A stretch of DNA of 24,000 bases from Phycisphaerae bacterium (GTDB taxonomy: Bacteria; Planctomycetota; Phycisphaerae; FEN-1346): assembly GCA_035530455.1 (NCBI GenBank), contig DATKUU010000078.1, positions 16,239-40,238 of the forward strand, given 5' to 3'. Positions 23,361 through 24,000 of this stretch are shown here, one piece after another. Positions within the stretch are counted from its first letter, which is position 1; each line of letters begins with the position of its first letter. Made by a program: the position numbers and the translations under genes. The notes under the pieces were generated by a model. The model was not told the origin of the DNA. It saw only the letters and a program-made list of their open reading frames with translations, and ran no database searches.

Positions 23361-24000
23361 CTACCCTTTGCGGCGCTGGCCGTAGCGCGAGACGAACTCG
23401 GCATACGCCTCCGGCGTGTCCACGCCGACGGGGCGGTGGTCCGTCACCAGGACGCGGATTCGCCGACCGTGCTCCAGCCAGCGCAACTGCTCCAGCCGCT
23501 CGGTCCATTCCAGGGGCGTCTGCGCCATGCGGGCGTAGGCTCGGAGCGCCTCAGCCCGAAAGCCGTAAATGCCGAAGTGCAAAAGCAGCGGCGCCCGCCG
23601 CGCACCTTCGCCGTCGCGCGCCAACGGAATCGGGGCGCGCGAGAAATACAGCGCGTCGCCCTCCACCGTCAGAACGACCTTGACGGCGTTTGGATTGGCC
23701 GCCGCTTCGGGCGCCAGCGGCCCGGCCAGGGTCGCCAGTTCAATCTTCGGATCCTTCTGCATCTCGTCCACGAGACGGTCGAGAAGCGCAGGGTCGAGTT
23801 CCGGTTCGTCACCCTGAAGGTTGACGACAATCTCGGCGTCCGGGAACGCCTCGGCGGCCTCGGCGACGCGACTGGTGCCGCACGCATGGTCCGGGCGGGT
23901 CATGACGACCCGTCCGCCGAACGCTTCGACGGCCCGGCGGATGCGCTCGTCGTCGGTGGCGACGACGACCGTGTCCACGCGCCGGGCGCGCGTCGCCGCT
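23361..24000 (-). CDS. kdsB: 3-deoxy-manno-octulosonate cytidylyltransferase (CMP-Kdo synthetase); 5' end off-window
   Basis: Motifs are VVVATDDERI, MTRPDHACGTSRVAEA, VNLQGDEP and LEQLRWLEHG. The reading frame stays open to the window edge. Confidence 0.88.
   Translation of the reverse strand, partial: AATRARRVDTVVVATDDERIRRAVEAFGGRVVMTRPDHACGTSRVAEAAEAFPDAEIVVNLQGDEPELDPALLDRLVDEMQKDPKIELATLAGPLAPEAAANPNAVKVVLTVEGDALYFSRAPIPLARDGEGARRAPLLLHFGIYGFRAEALRAYARMAQTPLEWTERLEQLRWLEHGRRIRVLVTDHRPVGVDTPEAYAEFVSRYGQRRKG

Noticed and set aside
1-24000. I looked for defence or mobile systems (CRISPR-Cas, restriction-modification, toxin-antitoxin, retron, integrase, transposase, phage genes) and for tRNA, rRNA or riboswitch-like elements.
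   Set aside because: Every sizeable ORF on the coding strand is accounted for by housekeeping envelope or division functions or by the few hypothetical proteins listed. No intergenic region is long enough or cloverleaf-like enough for a tRNA. Nothing resembles a defence island. The novelty here lies in dcw architecture and intergenic repeats, not in a new defence system.

Overview
The window is very GC-rich, and every gene except a 3'-terminal fragment at the left edge lies on the minus strand. The core (391-17420) is a division/cell-wall (dcw) cluster. Its order is mraZ, a 79-aa ORF, rsmH, a bitopic 2xLysM protein, ftsL-like, ftsI, murE, murF, mraY, ftsW, murG, murC, murB, ddl, ftsQ, then a 258-aa polytopic membrane protein. 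Many junctions are translationally coupled (ATGA/TAATG/TGATG-type overlaps). Upstream on the same strand are kdsB (5' end off-window), pyrG, a DUF1844-like gene, an M48 peptidase, a PAP2 phosphatase and an RDD-domain protein. An intrinsic terminator then precedes a sigma70-like promoter and TGGGN repeats in front of mraZ. I found no defence system, mobile-element gene, CRISPR array, tRNA or rRNA. Four aspects of the dcw architecture are unusual. First, the cluster stops at ftsQ with no ftsA/ftsZ and is closed by a convergent terminator. Second, murD is missing from the mraY-ftsW junction. Third, three uncharacterised ORFs sit at coupled positions inside the cluster. Fourth, there are two kinds of structured intergenic repeat. 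One is a ~120-nt long-hairpin element present twice (mraY/ftsW and ftsI/murE spacers) with a compensatory base-pair change between the copies. The other is a triple GC-hairpin block between murB and ddl, bracketed by a duplicate of murB's last six codons plus stop. The gene content (lpxL-like, kdsB, full peptidoglycan pathway, no ftsAZ next to ftsQ) suggests a diderm, possibly an FtsZ-less Planctomycetota-like lineage. That assignment is inference only. The long arginine/proline-rich ORFs on the plus strand are antisense shadow ORFs typical of high-GC DNA.
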